A DNA stretch of 64,000 nucleotides from an uncultured Bacteroidales bacterium (lineage in GTDB: Bacteria > Bacteroidota > Bacteroidia > Bacteroidales > UBA932): NCBI GenBank assembly GCA_944325435.1, contig CALVAC010000014.1, positions 10,603 to 74,602 of the forward strand. Direction: 5' to 3'. The notes under the pieces were generated by a model. That model searched no databases and was not told the origin of the DNA. It saw only the letters and a program-made list of their open reading frames with translations. The first letter of the stretch is position 1, and every line of letters starts with the position of its first letter. Shown here one piece after another: positions 37,324 through 47,532 of the stretch. The translations under genes and the position numbers were made by a program.

Positions 37324-38679
37324 ATGGATATCCGTAATATAGGAATAATAATCTCAAGGGAATATGCGACAAGAGTAAGGAAAAAGTCGTTCCTGGTCAT
37401 AACTTTCATAGTGCCTGTGCTGTTTGCACTGCTGTGCACCCTGCCAGCGGTAATAATGCTCCTGAGCAAGGAAAAGGGCAAGGTGGTAGAGGTGCTGGAT
37501 GAGTCCGGGATTGTGATGCCGTATCTTGAGGACAGTGATGCTGTCGCTTTCATAGAATGCCGTGACGGTGACCTGGATACCCTGAAGAAGGGTCTGGATG
37601 CGGCAGGGGCGGATGCCATCCTGCATGTCTCTCCGCTTGACTCCGTCAGGAAGACTGTGTCTGTGGATATGTATTCTGTCAAGCCGGTGTCTGTGGACAT
37701 CAAGGAGAGCATATCTGCCATGGCCGCATCTGCCGTTGAAGACTACAGGCTTGCAGGGTACGAGATAAAGGACCTGAAACAGATCCTGGAGGATGTCAAG
37801 GCTGACATCCCGGTGTCCACATACACGCTCGGGGAGGATGGACAGGAGCAGATAACCTCATCCGAGGTATATATGGTCGTCTCCATTGTGCTTACACTTG
37901 TCATCTATATGTTTATCGCCATGTTCTCCGGGATGGTGATGACCAGCGTAATAGAGGAGAAGTCCAGCAAGGTGGCTGAAGTCCTCGTCTCATCTGTCAA
38001 GGCATCCGAACTGATGTTCGGCAAGATAATAGGGGTGGCTTGCGTGGCGCTGACGCAGTTCTTCCTCTGGATTGTGCTTGCAGTCGTCATAATAGCCGGA
38101 GTGAACGCGACAGTAGGGCTTGAGAGCCTCGCCGGGGCTGACCCTGCCCAGATGGAGCAGCTCACGCAGATGTCCGGGATGGACATGTCGATGGTGGATA
38201 CCATAGTCTCAGGCGGCAATTCCGAGATGGCGGCAGTGGTAGAGACCCTCAAGGACTTGAACTACGGGCAGCTTGTCTTCTCGTTCGTAGTATATTTCCT
38301 GCTCGGTTATCTCCTGTACGCCTCCCTTTTTGCAGCGATAGGGTCGGCCGTGGACAACGAAGGGGACAGCACACAGCTCCAGCTGCCTGTTACAATCCCT
38401 CTGCTGCTGGCGTTCTTCATCGCTTTCTATGCGTTCGAGGCTCCTGACAGCCAGCTGGCTTTCTGGGGTTCCATAATCCCGTTCACATCCCCGATAGTCA
38501 TGCTCGCAAGGCTTCCGTTCGGAGTTCCGGCATGGGAACTGGCGCTTTCCATAGTGCTTCTGCTCCTTACATTTGTCGCCCTGGCATATATCTCCGCAAG
38601 GATCTACAGGGTCGGGCTTCTGGTGTCAGGAAAGAAGACTACTTTCTCCGACCTGTGGAAATGGCTGAGACAGAGGTAG
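37324..38679 (+). CDS. ABC transporter permease (NatB-like)
   Basis: SREYATRVRKKSF, VIEEKSSKVAEVLVSS, GYLLYASLFAAIG, PFTSP. Confidence 0.9.
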   Translation: MDIRNIGIIISREYATRVRKKSFLVITFIVPVLFALLCTLPAVIMLLSKEKGKVVEVLDESGIVMPYLEDSDAVAFIECRDGDLDTLKKGLDAAGADAILHVSPLDSVRKTVSVDMYSVKPVSVDIKESISAMAASAVEDYRLAGYEIKDLKQILEDVKADIPVSTYTLGEDGQEQITSSEVYMVVSIVLTLVIYMFIAMFSGMVMTSVIEEKSSKVAEVLVSSVKASELMFGKIIGVACVALTQFFLWIVLAVVIIAGVNATVGLESLAGADPAQMEQLTQMSGMDMSMVDTIVSGGNSEMAAVVETLKDLNYGQLVFSFVVYFLLGYLLYASLFAAIGSAVDNEGDSTQLQLPVTIPLLLAFFIAFYAFEAPDSQLAFWGSIIPFTSPIVMLARLPFGVPAWELALSIVLLLLTFVALAYISARIYRVGLLVSGKKTTFSDLWKWLRQR

Positions 38680-38716
38680 AGGGCAGTGTCTTGGTGTTGA
38701 ATTGGAATTGTCTGTA

Positions 38717-39559
38717 ATGAATAAGTTAAGGTTTGTGTTGCTCGCCGCTGCCGTTTCTGTTGCGGCACTGCTCCAGGCAGAGGACAATAATGATGTTGTC
38801 CGCTGGTCGAGGGCGGTCATGGATGGCTCCCGTACAGGAGTCACTGTTCCTGCCGCTACGGATGTGGACAAGGCATTGGGCAAGGTGCGGGGCCGCGAAT
38901 ACACGGCTCCGTCAGGCAGGGTGTTCAGAGGCGGTTCTGTCGTCAGGGTGGCAAGGGCCGTCATAGATGCGCAGCCTTCGATGTCGCCTGTCAAGAGGGT
39001 GATTGCGTATTCTCCTGAAGCGATGGTGTCGGAATATCCGGAGAGCGCCCTCTCCAACTGGTTTGCCGACAATCTTATGAGGGCGACAGAAAAGGCTGCC
39101 GGACGCAAGGTGGACATAAGTATCGGCAACTTCGGCGGAATCAGGGTGGATATGCCAAGTGGTGATGTCACAGTGGATGATATAAGGTCCATGTTCCCGT
39201 TCAGGAATGATCTGGTGTACCTTGTCCTCAGAGGTTCTGATGTCCGCCATATACTTGACTGGATGGCGGAGAACGGATTCCAGGTTCTGGGAGGAGTGAA
39301 GGTTGCCGCAAAGGATGGAAAGATAGTCTCGGCGGAAATAGACGGGAAACCTCTGGATGACAATGCACTGTATGGTGTCGCCACAATCAGTTTCTTGCTG
39401 GATGGAGGGGATGGCCTTTATCTGGCAAGGAATGCGGTGGAGGAGGTGGACATCCCTGTGGATATCTACAATGCCATGCTGGATGTCATAGAGGAGGATA
39501 CTGCTGCCGGCAGACAGATTGAGGGGCGAAGGGATGGCAGGGTGTTGCTCCTGGACTGA
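38717..39559 (+). CDS. 5'-nucleotidase C-terminal (substrate-binding) domain protein
   Basis: ESALSNWFADN, NFGGIR, MFPFRN, ATISFLLDGGDG. Confidence 0.88.
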   Translation: MNKLRFVLLAAAVSVAALLQAEDNNDVVRWSRAVMDGSRTGVTVPAATDVDKALGKVRGREYTAPSGRVFRGGSVVRVARAVIDAQPSMSPVKRVIAYSPEAMVSEYPESALSNWFADNLMRATEKAAGRKVDISIGNFGGIRVDMPSGDVTVDDIRSMFPFRNDLVYLVLRGSDVRHILDWMAENGFQVLGGVKVAAKDGKIVSAEIDGKPLDDNALYGVATISFLLDGGDGLYLARNAVEEVDIPVDIYNAMLDVIEEDTAAGRQIEGRRDGRVLLLD

Positions 39560-39634
39560 TGCTGCCATGACTGACAGCATGCATCCGGTATCCCGGTTCG
39601 GGACAGGTGTCTTATATGGAATAGATATAGTACA

Positions 39635-40483
39635 ATGCAGATGAGATTCAAAGTGAATAAGGCAATATCGATGCTGGTGGTCTTTTGTGCCGCCTTTCTC
39701 CTTCCAGCGACAGCGCTGGTGCATGCCCAGGGGCTGGTCATATTGCATACCAATGATACCCACAGCCATATCGACCCTGTAAAGGCCGGACCGGAGGCAG
39801 GTCTGGGAGGTGTGATAGAGAGGGCTGCCTATATCGACAGTGTGAGGGCGGCTGTAGGGGAACGCAATCTTCTGCTGGTTGATGCAGGGGACTTCAGCCA
39901 GGGATCATCATATTTCACCATACTGAAAGGTGACCTTGAGGTGGAAGTCATGAATGCAATGGGGTATGATGTGTCGGCCCTCGGCAACCATGAGTTCGAC
40001 AACGGATCCGAGGATCTTGCAAGGAGGCTCTTGAAGGCGAAATTCGATGTGGTCTGCGCCAACTATGACTTCTCCGGGAGCCGGCTCGGGAAGCTTGTGA
40101 AGCCATATACCGTTGTCCGTAAGGCCGGGAGGAAGATCGGGATAATAGGACTTCTTGTAGATGTCACCAAGGTGGTGGACAAGAGCGTCGCAGGGGAGTT
40201 GAAATATCTGGATCCGGCGGAGACCGTCAACAGATATTCTGCCATTCTGAAAGAGAAGGGGTGCGACCTTGTGATAGTGCTCTCGCATCTCGGTATCGAA
40301 AAGTCGGATTTTACAGACATCCGGCTTGCAGAGGCATCGCATGATGTGGATATGATAATAGGCGGACACTCGCATACTTTTCTGGAAGAGCCTGTCTATG
40401 TGAAGGATGCTGATGGGGATGATGTGATGATAGTCACGGACGGCTGCTGGGGACTGTATGTCGGGAAACTTGAGGTAGAATAA
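39635..40483 (+). CDS. 5'-nucleotidase N-terminal metallophosphoesterase domain protein
   Basis: HTNDTHS, DAGD, GNHEFD, LSHLG, GGHSH. Confidence 0.92.
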   Translation: MQMRFKVNKAISMLVVFCAAFLLPATALVHAQGLVILHTNDTHSHIDPVKAGPEAGLGGVIERAAYIDSVRAAVGERNLLLVDAGDFSQGSSYFTILKGDLEVEVMNAMGYDVSALGNHEFDNGSEDLARRLLKAKFDVVCANYDFSGSRLGKLVKPYTVVRKAGRKIGIIGLLVDVTKVVDKSVAGELKYLDPAETVNRYSAILKEKGCDLVIVLSHLGIEKSDFTDIRLAEASHDVDMIIGGHSHTFLEEPVYVKDADGDDVMIVTDGCWGLYVGKLEVE

Positions 40484-40634
40484 CACGGATTCGATAAAAT
40501 GCCCTTCCGGAGATTAGGGGTCGTGAGCGGAAAATAAAATCATCCGGAGGATGTTTTATAGCGGGTAGCAGGATGGGTGGAAGAAAGGGCGGGGCCGGAT
40601 TCCCGTATGGGGTGGATCAAATCGATATGACAGA

Positions 40635-42026
40635 ATGACACAGGAGAAACTTACAGGCGACCTCGAATGGGACGGGCTGCACAGGCCGCAGATCTATTAT
40701 GCGGTCATCTCGACTTTCTGCGGACTTTTCCTTTCGGTGCTGGACGGGACCATCTGCAACGTGGCCCTTCCGACCATTGCTCTTGAACTGGGCATTTCCC
40801 CATCGGATTCCATATGGATTGTGAACGCATTCCAGCTTGTGATAATGATGCTCCTGCTGCCGTTTTCATCACTTGGGGAACTGATAGGATACAAGAAGGT
40901 ATATCTGATGGGCGTAGCCGGATTCACTGTCGGGTCGCTTGCCTGCTCACTTTCCCCGTCTTTCCATATCCTTGTCGCATCACGTGTGCTTCAGGGTATA
41001 GGAGCGGCTATGATAATGAGTGTCAATACATCGCTTATCCGTATAATCTATCCTAAAAGACATCTAGGGAAAGGAGTGGGACTGAATGCGACAGTTGTGG
41101 CGATAGCTTCGGTGACAGGGCCTTCTCTGGCGGCGGCCATCCTTTCCTTTACTACCTGGGAATGGCTGTTCGCCATAAATGTTCCGGTCGGTATCGTGAC
41201 CTGGTTCATGGGGCGCAGATTCCTTCCGGACAATCCGACAAGAGTAGCCGGAAGAAAGTTCAACTGGCTTGACACCTTGCTGAATGCGGCCACTTTCGGC
41301 CTTATGATAGGATGTCTCGAGGCATATTCCCACGGGCTTGACTGGCACAGGATTGCCATTGCAGTGCTTGTATTCCTTGTCGTGGGGACAGTGTATGTGA
41401 GGTATCAGCTCGGCAGGGATTATCCGATGCTTCCTTTTGACCTTCTGAGGATTCCGATATTCTCCATGTCTGTGGGGACAAGCATCATCTCGTTCACGGC
41501 GCAGCAGCTGATAATGGTCTCGCTCCCGTTTATGCTGATGCACGGTTTCGGATATGATGCGGTCGGGACGGGGCTTCTGATGACGGCATCTCCGGTTGCG
41601 ATAGCCTTTGTCGCCCCTGTTGCGGGTATGTTGATAGGGAAAGTCCATCCCGGGATACTCGGCTGTGCTGGCATTGCCCTCATGAGCCTCTCTGCATTCT
41701 CGTTCGCTTTCATACCGGATGACATATCGCATTTCAGCATCGTATGGAGGATGGTGCTTTTCGGGACGGGGTTCGGCCTGTTCCAGTCGCCTAACAACCA
41801 TATCCTGCTGTCATCCGCCCCGCCTCACAGGACGGGGAGCGCAAGCGGGATGCTCGCATCCGCCCGTCTTATAGGACAGACGACAGGAGCGGCTCTGGTG
41901 GCGATGATGTTCAATCTGTCGGATGACAGGGCCGCCCACGATGCGATGCTTCTGGCCGGCATCATCACGCTGTTCGGTGCGGTCCTGTCGCTCTGCCGTG
42001 TCGGCATAAGGAAGACTGATGGCTGA
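40635..42026 (+). CDS. MFS transporter, DHA2 (14-TMS) family
   Basis: LDGTICNVALP, WIVNAFQL, RVLQGIG, FQSPNN. Confidence 0.92.
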   Translation: MTQEKLTGDLEWDGLHRPQIYYAVISTFCGLFLSVLDGTICNVALPTIALELGISPSDSIWIVNAFQLVIMMLLLPFSSLGELIGYKKVYLMGVAGFTVGSLACSLSPSFHILVASRVLQGIGAAMIMSVNTSLIRIIYPKRHLGKGVGLNATVVAIASVTGPSLAAAILSFTTWEWLFAINVPVGIVTWFMGRRFLPDNPTRVAGRKFNWLDTLLNAATFGLMIGCLEAYSHGLDWHRIAIAVLVFLVVGTVYVRYQLGRDYPMLPFDLLRIPIFSMSVGTSIISFTAQQLIMVSLPFMLMHGFGYDAVGTGLLMTASPVAIAFVAPVAGMLIGKVHPGILGCAGIALMSLSAFSFAFIPDDISHFSIVWRMVLFGTGFGLFQSPNNHILLSSAPPHRTGSASGMLASARLIGQTTGAALVAMMFNLSDDRAAHDAMLLAGIITLFGAVLSLCRVGIRKTDG

Positions 42027-42068
42027 TCTGTCCGGTGAGCCGGGCTGGTTTATATGGTATTTGCCGGG

Positions 42069-42950
42069 TTACAGGATATTGAGGCTCTGCTCCTTTATCT
42101 TTTCGAGGTCATCTTTCATTTTCACCACGATCTTCTGTATCCCGGTATGGTTGGCCTTCGAGCCTGTGGTGTTGATCTCCCTTCCCATCTCCTGGGCTAT
42201 GAAGCCGAGTTTCTTTCCCGGATAAGGCTCGCTGTCGATGGTCTCCATAAAGTAACGGCAGTGCTGGCGGAGCCTTGTCTTCTCCTCGTTGATATCGAAT
42301 TTTTCTATATAATATACCATTTCCTCTTCGAGACGGCTCTGGTCCGGCTGTAGCGAAAGCTCCTCGAACCTGGACAGTATCTTTTCCCTTATGGATGCCG
42401 TCCTCTCTCCTTCTATGGCTTCAATATCATCCACATATCCAAGTATGGATGCTACTTTTGATGTCACGTCCTTGTAGAGTATGGCCCCTTCTGCAGACCT
42501 GAACTCGTTAAGCCTTGCAACGGCCTCCCTGATGCATTCAGCCACCGCAGGCCAGTTCTCATCATCGATGATGTCTGTGGTCTGCGAGTTCACCACATCC
42601 GGAAACCTTGTGGCGGCGGTCAGAAGCATGATGTCTGCGTTGCCCGTAGACATCCCCATATCTTCAGCAGCCTTGAGCAGCTGGCTGCAGTATCCCTTAA
42701 GGATATCCCCGTTTATGCATCTGCCTGTCTGGCCCTCGGCAGGTTCATATGTCATGAACAGGTCTATGTTCCCTCTCTGGAGCTCCGTCGCGATGAGTTT
42801 GCGGACTTCCATTTCCCTGTTCTTCGGAAGCAGCTGTGTCTTAATGCCTATATCGGCGGTCTTGCCGTTGAGGGAGCGTATTTCGACGCAAAGCCTGCCT
42901 GATTCCAGTGCCGTCTCGGCCTTGCCGTATCCTGTCATTGACTTTATCAT
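42069..42950 (-). CDS. yicC: YicC/YloC family endoribonuclease
   Basis: MIKSMTGYG, EIRSLN, DINEEKTRL, GKKLGFIAQEMGREINTTGSK. Confidence 0.93.
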   Translation of the reverse strand: MIKSMTGYGKAETALESGRLCVEIRSLNGKTADIGIKTQLLPKNREMEVRKLIATELQRGNIDLFMTYEPAEGQTGRCINGDILKGYCSQLLKAAEDMGMSTGNADIMLLTAATRFPDVVNSQTTDIIDDENWPAVAECIREAVARLNEFRSAEGAILYKDVTSKVASILGYVDDIEAIEGERTASIREKILSRFEELSLQPDQSRLEEEMVYYIEKFDINEEKTRLRQHCRYFMETIDSEPYPGKKLGFIAQEMGREINTTGSKANHTGIQKIVVKMKDDLEKIKEQSLNIL

Positions 42951-42995
42951 TTGCATAATGTACAGTTTATTGAGGTGTGTCTCACCCGTATCCTG

Positions 42996-43061
42996 CAAAA
43001 TTACTTAAAATTTACTTATCCGCAATCATTGATGACAAGTGTGTAAAATTTCCTATATTTG
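42996..43061. promoter_or_regulatory. Divergent -7 boxes for yicC and glnS
   Basis: TAATTTTG on - (42996-43003) and TATATTTG on + (43054-43061). Confidence 0.65.
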
Positions 43062-43147
43062 CAGTTTGGCCGGAGAAAGCGAGTCATGCTCTTTTCCCGC
43101 TATGCCAATCCACTGTTTGCCAGATGAAAAGTTTGTCATAAAAGAAT

Positions 43148-44821
43148 ATGGAAGAAGTTATCAAAGAGGGCGGTGAGACCCGCAACCTGAATTTTCTTGA
43201 AGAGATCATAGAGGCGGATCTAGCCTCGGGGAAGTGTGAGAGCATAATGACCCGTTTCCCGCCGGAGCCTAACGGCTATCTGCATATAGGTCACGCAAAG
43301 AGTATATGCCTCAATTTCGGACTGGCTCAGAAATACGGCGGCAAGACGAACCTCCGCTTTGACGATACCAATCCGGTCAAGGAAGATACCGAATATGTGG
43401 ATTCTATAAAGGAGGATATCCGTTGGCTCGGATTCCAGTGGGAAAACGAGAGGTATGCTTCCGATTATTTCGACCAGCTGTATGAATGGGCTGAAGACCT
43501 GATAAGGAAAGGGCTGGCGTATGTGGATGACCAGACCCAGGAGCAGATCAGGGAGGGCAGGGGCACTGTCCAGACTCCTGGAAAGGAGAGTCCGTGGCGA
43601 AACCGCAGCGTGGAGGAGAATCTGCGCCTGTTCCGTGAGATGAGGGATGGAAAGTATGCTGATGGGGAGAAGGTGCTCAGGGCGAAGATTGACATGTCCC
43701 ATCCGAACATGCTTTTCCGTGACCCTATAATGTACAGGATAATCCACGCGAGTCACCACAGGACAGGGGACAAGTGGTGTATCTACCCGATGTATGACTA
43801 TACGCACGGGCAGAGCGATTCGATAGAACATATCACGCATTCGATATGCACTCTGGAGTTCGATGTGCACAGACCGCTGTACGACTGGTTCATAGAGAAG
43901 CTGGGGATTTTCCCGTCTCACCAGTACGAGTTTGCCCGCCTCAATCTGACATATACCGTGATGAGCAAACGCAAGCTCCTGGAACTGGTGAAGAACGGTT
44001 ATGTAAGCGGCTGGGATGACCCTCGTATGCCTACAATCTGCGGAATCCGCCGCAGGGGATATACTCCGGAGTCCATAAGGATGTTCGCGGAGAAGGTCGG
44101 TGTGGCCAAGAGGGAGCAGCTTATTGACCTTCAGCTTATGGAATGGTGCGTGCGTCAGGATCTCAACGAGAGGGCAAACCGCTATATGGTGGTGCAGGAC
44201 CCTGTGAAGCTGACCATAACGAACTGGGAGCCGGGCAAGGTGGAATGGTTCGATGCCCCTCTCAATCCGGCGGCTCCTGATGGCCCTTCTCGCAGGGTGC
44301 CTTTCACAGGAGAACTGTATATCTGCCGCAATGACTTTATGGAGGAGCCTCCCAAGAAGTTCTTCCGGCTGAAGCCGGATGGGGAAGTGCGTCTGAAATA
44401 CACCTATATCGTAAAGTGCAACGAGGTGGTGAAAGATGCGGATGGCAATGTTGTCGAGCTGAAGTGCACGTATGACCCGGCAACGAGACCGGGAGGAGGC
44501 GAGTGGCGTTCCGTCAAGGGTACAATACACTGGGTCGCCAGGGAGTATGCAAGACCTGTGGAACTGAGGCTGTACGACAAACTGTTCACCGAGCCGGATA
44601 TGAGCGGGATTCCGGAAGGGACGGACTATAAGGATTATCTCAATCCGGAGTCTCTCGTGGTTGACAGGGGATATGCCGAGCCGGCTCTCCTTGAGGACAA
44701 CAGCGGGATAGCGGTGCAGTTCGAGAGGGTAGGATATTTCTACAGGGATCCGGACAGCACTCCGGACAATCCTGTATTCAACAAGACCACTTCGCTGAAG
44801 GATTCATATAAAGTAGGGTGA
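43148..44821 (+). CDS. glnS: Glutamine--tRNA ligase
   Basis: RFPPEPNGYLHIGH (HIGH), MSKR (KMSKS-like), GWDDPRMPT, QFERVGYF. Confidence 0.98.
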   Translation: MEEVIKEGGETRNLNFLEEIIEADLASGKCESIMTRFPPEPNGYLHIGHAKSICLNFGLAQKYGGKTNLRFDDTNPVKEDTEYVDSIKEDIRWLGFQWENERYASDYFDQLYEWAEDLIRKGLAYVDDQTQEQIREGRGTVQTPGKESPWRNRSVEENLRLFREMRDGKYADGEKVLRAKIDMSHPNMLFRDPIMYRIIHASHHRTGDKWCIYPMYDYTHGQSDSIEHITHSICTLEFDVHRPLYDWFIEKLGIFPSHQYEFARLNLTYTVMSKRKLLELVKNGYVSGWDDPRMPTICGIRRRGYTPESIRMFAEKVGVAKREQLIDLQLMEWCVRQDLNERANRYMVVQDPVKLTITNWEPGKVEWFDAPLNPAAPDGPSRRVPFTGELYICRNDFMEEPPKKFFRLKPDGEVRLKYTYIVKCNEVVKDADGNVVELKCTYDPATRPGGGEWRSVKGTIHWVAREYARPVELRLYDKLFTEPDMSGIPEGTDYKDYLNPESLVVDRGYAEPALLEDNSGIAVQFERVGYFYRDPDSTPDNPVFNKTTSLKDSYKVG

Positions 44822-44912
44822 CAGGATGTCGGGAACGCTCGGAACACCGTTTATGGCAACGGTTATCCCGGGAATTGTCCCGGTGACGTATATCCGGAAA
44901 TTTATGGCATAT

Positions 44913-46397
44913 ATGGAAAGGACAGGTATGGCAAGGACGGTATTGTGCGGCATTATTCTGCTTGCGCTCTCTGCCTGCGGCAGGACAGGGGAACCTGTGA
45001 GGCTTGACCGTTTCACTTCATCTGATGGCAGAACGGTGGAAGGCAGCGAGATTACGGTTGCGGGAGGGACGGTATGGTACGCCAAAGGAGACTACAGGAA
45101 TTTCATACTGACCGGTGAGGCCTGTCTGGAAAGAGGAGCGGAGGCATCTTTGTTTTTCCATACTGACGGAAAGGCAGCTTCAGTAAACGGGACTGCCGGG
45201 CAGCACGGCGTGGCCTCAGATGGAACAGGAACGGCCGATAGCCTTCCAGGTTATGAAGTGATATTCCATAACGGACCGATAGACGGGACAAGGAAGACAG
45301 GCAGCCTTGCTGCAGTGCGCAATCTGTACAGGTCTATCGTGAACGATACCGGATGGTTCAATTTCGAGATTGCAGTCAGAGGAAAGAACATTACCGTTTC
45401 CATAGACAGCACGGAAGTGGTCTGCTATACGGAGCCGGAGCAGCCGTACCGGACAGAAGCCTACAGTGACCGTCTGCTTGGCCATGGCTGTATGGCGCTG
45501 AAAGGAGTCTCTGGCAGGATGATCTTCAGCAATCTGAAAGTGACAAGGCTTCCGGATGATGCCGTGAATCCTTGCGACACCATGCCTGTGCCCGATGAGC
45601 AGAACGATCCTGTAATCAGGCTGCAGCAGAGAAATTTCCCTGTCATTGACTATCACGTCCATCTCAAGGGCGGACTGACAAAGGAAATGGCCCAGTCCAA
45701 GTCCATGAACTACGGCATCAATTATGGCGTGGCTCCCAATGCAGGGGAGGGAGGAGTAGGCCGGATGCTGGCTGATGATGCTGAGGTCTATGAATATTTC
45801 GATGAAGTGAAGGATATGCCTTTCCTCAGGGGCGTGCAGGGCGAAGGCCGCAGATGGACTGTGACTTTCTCGCAGGAGGCTCTGGGAGTATTCGACTATC
45901 TCTTTACCGATGCGATGACAATAGTCGACCATAAGGGACGTCTGTCAAGGATATACAGGCCGGAGGAGGTGCATTATGACGGCATTACGAAAGAGCAGTA
46001 TATGGACCATCTTGTGGACCAGACTGTGAAGATACTTGCCAACGAGCCTGCAGACATCTATGCCAATCCTACATATATCCCGGTTGATATGGCTCCTGAC
46101 TATGACAGGTACTGGACAGATGAGCGTGTGGACAGGATTCTTGATGTTCTGGAGAAGTACGGCATAGCATTGGAAATCAACGCGAGATACAGAATCCCGT
46201 CATTCGGCATCATCCGAAAGGCTAAAGAGCGCGGAATCCGTTTCACTTTCGGCACCAACAATGTTGATGCCGATTTCGGACGGCTGGAATACTGTATCGA
46301 TGCGATTGAGGAATGCGGACTGACTCCGGATGACCTGTGGTTCCCTTCAATGAGCAGCCGGCGCGACCGTCCTGTCATCCTCTATAACAGGTTTTAG
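44913..46397 (+). CDS. Lipoprotein: DUF1080 (3-keto-glycoside hydrolase-like) domain fused to a PHP-like TIM barrel
   Basis: LALSAC lipobox; YRNFIL, GYEV, KTGSL, WFNFEIAVRG, FSNLKV; then DYHVH, ALEINA, FTFGTN. Confidence 0.75.
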   Translation: MERTGMARTVLCGIILLALSACGRTGEPVRLDRFTSSDGRTVEGSEITVAGGTVWYAKGDYRNFILTGEACLERGAEASLFFHTDGKAASVNGTAGQHGVASDGTGTADSLPGYEVIFHNGPIDGTRKTGSLAAVRNLYRSIVNDTGWFNFEIAVRGKNITVSIDSTEVVCYTEPEQPYRTEAYSDRLLGHGCMALKGVSGRMIFSNLKVTRLPDDAVNPCDTMPVPDEQNDPVIRLQQRNFPVIDYHVHLKGGLTKEMAQSKSMNYGINYGVAPNAGEGGVGRMLADDAEVYEYFDEVKDMPFLRGVQGEGRRWTVTFSQEALGVFDYLFTDAMTIVDHKGRLSRIYRPEEVHYDGITKEQYMDHLVDQTVKILANEPADIYANPTYIPVDMAPDYDRYWTDERVDRILDVLEKYGIALEINARYRIPSFGIIRKAKERGIRFTFGTNNVDADFGRLEYCIDAIEECGLTPDDLWFPSMSSRRDRPVILYNRF

Positions 46398-47479
46398 CGG
46401 CATTTCCTTAAGGCTTTGCGGATGACGGGGATGACCTTGGAAGCATAGCGTGAGGCACCCAGGTCAGTGAAATGGATGGCATCAACCGTCGCTTCTCCAT
46501 CGTCACCTATGAGGTTTTCGGAGGTTATGTAGTAGAGTTTCCGGAAACCTTGTCTTCTGAGCCTGTCGTATAGGGCTTTCTGTTCCCTGTTTTTCCTGCC
46601 GACCTCTTCCGCTATCCTTTTGTTGAACAGGGTGTGGGGGAACTGGGGGTCTTCAATGAAGATAACCGGCACATCGGGATGCGCATCCCGGAGAATCCTG
46701 AAAAATGTCTCGCCGCGTTCAGCTATCTGCTTTGCAGATGCGTTGGGCACATAGTCGAGGACAAACACGCCCGGGTCTTCTACTTGCGCCATCAGCTCCG
46801 CTATCTCATAGTCGAGCAGAGCATTGCCGCTGAACCCGAGGTTGATGACGACCCTGTCGAGCTTCCTGGCAATCATGTTTGTGAAAGCCATGCCGGGACG
46901 GCTGACGCAGCCTCCCTGCAGGATGCTTGTCCCGTACATGACCACAGGCTTCTGTGCAGAAGGGCTTGCGACGGCTGGCTGATCTATGTATGCATCTCTG
47001 TCCACCCCGATCTCTATGTCTTCAATCCCGTCATAAAGGGACAGGTATAGCATATATTCCCTGTCTGTCTGTTCCATCCCGGAGACCAGTACAGCTTCCG
47101 TGCTTCTGTCCTGTGGCTTCCCTGCTCCAGCAAAACGCCATTCCCCGTCATGAAGTATGTACAGGTCGATTCCCCGTGTCCCGACAGGTGACATGTGGTT
47201 CATATATACTTTGGAAAGCGATGTCCATTTTGCGGAAACGGATGTGGAGTTGGACCTGAACCTTATGAAAAGTCCGGCTGAATTGCGTCCGAGGTTCCAT
47301 ACAGGGCCCCGGACCTTGCCCTGCAGATAACCAGGGAGCCGTCCATACCTGTCGAATGTTTCATCGACGGCTTTGCCGTAGACCGGGAATGCGGCAGCAT
47401 CCACATACTTCAGGTTTTCTTGTGAGTATGCCGCCACAGCAATCAGCATCAAGGCGGCGACAATGCATATCCTGTCCAT
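46394..47479 (-). CDS. SGNH/GDSL hydrolase with N-terminal GxDLY domain
   Basis: Signal peptide; GIDLY, YGTSILQG, NLGFSGN, DAIHF. Confidence 0.88.
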   Translation of the reverse strand: MDRICIVAALMLIAVAAYSQENLKYVDAAAFPVYGKAVDETFDRYGRLPGYLQGKVRGPVWNLGRNSAGLFIRFRSNSTSVSAKWTSLSKVYMNHMSPVGTRGIDLYILHDGEWRFAGAGKPQDRSTEAVLVSGMEQTDREYMLYLSLYDGIEDIEIGVDRDAYIDQPAVASPSAQKPVVMYGTSILQGGCVSRPGMAFTNMIARKLDRVVINLGFSGNALLDYEIAELMAQVEDPGVFVLDYVPNASAKQIAERGETFFRILRDAHPDVPVIFIEDPQFPHTLFNKRIAEEVGRKNREQKALYDRLRRQGFRKLYYITSENLIGDDGEATVDAIHFTDLGASRYASKVIPVIRKALRKCR

Positions 47480-47532
47480 ATACTGTCTGGTTTAAATCTG
47501 TCTGTTGTCCTGGTTGCCTGTCCTGATGTTTG

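Noticed and set aside
43220-44530. 436-aa ORF antisense to glnS; similar long antisense ORFs at 35262-36566, 16430-17479, 50690-51880, 13452-14498 and 60621-61493
   Set aside because: Codon-aligned shadows of strongly conserved genes. Their composition is typical of antisense frames in a genome that rarely uses TTA/CTA/TCA, and no motifs are recognisable.
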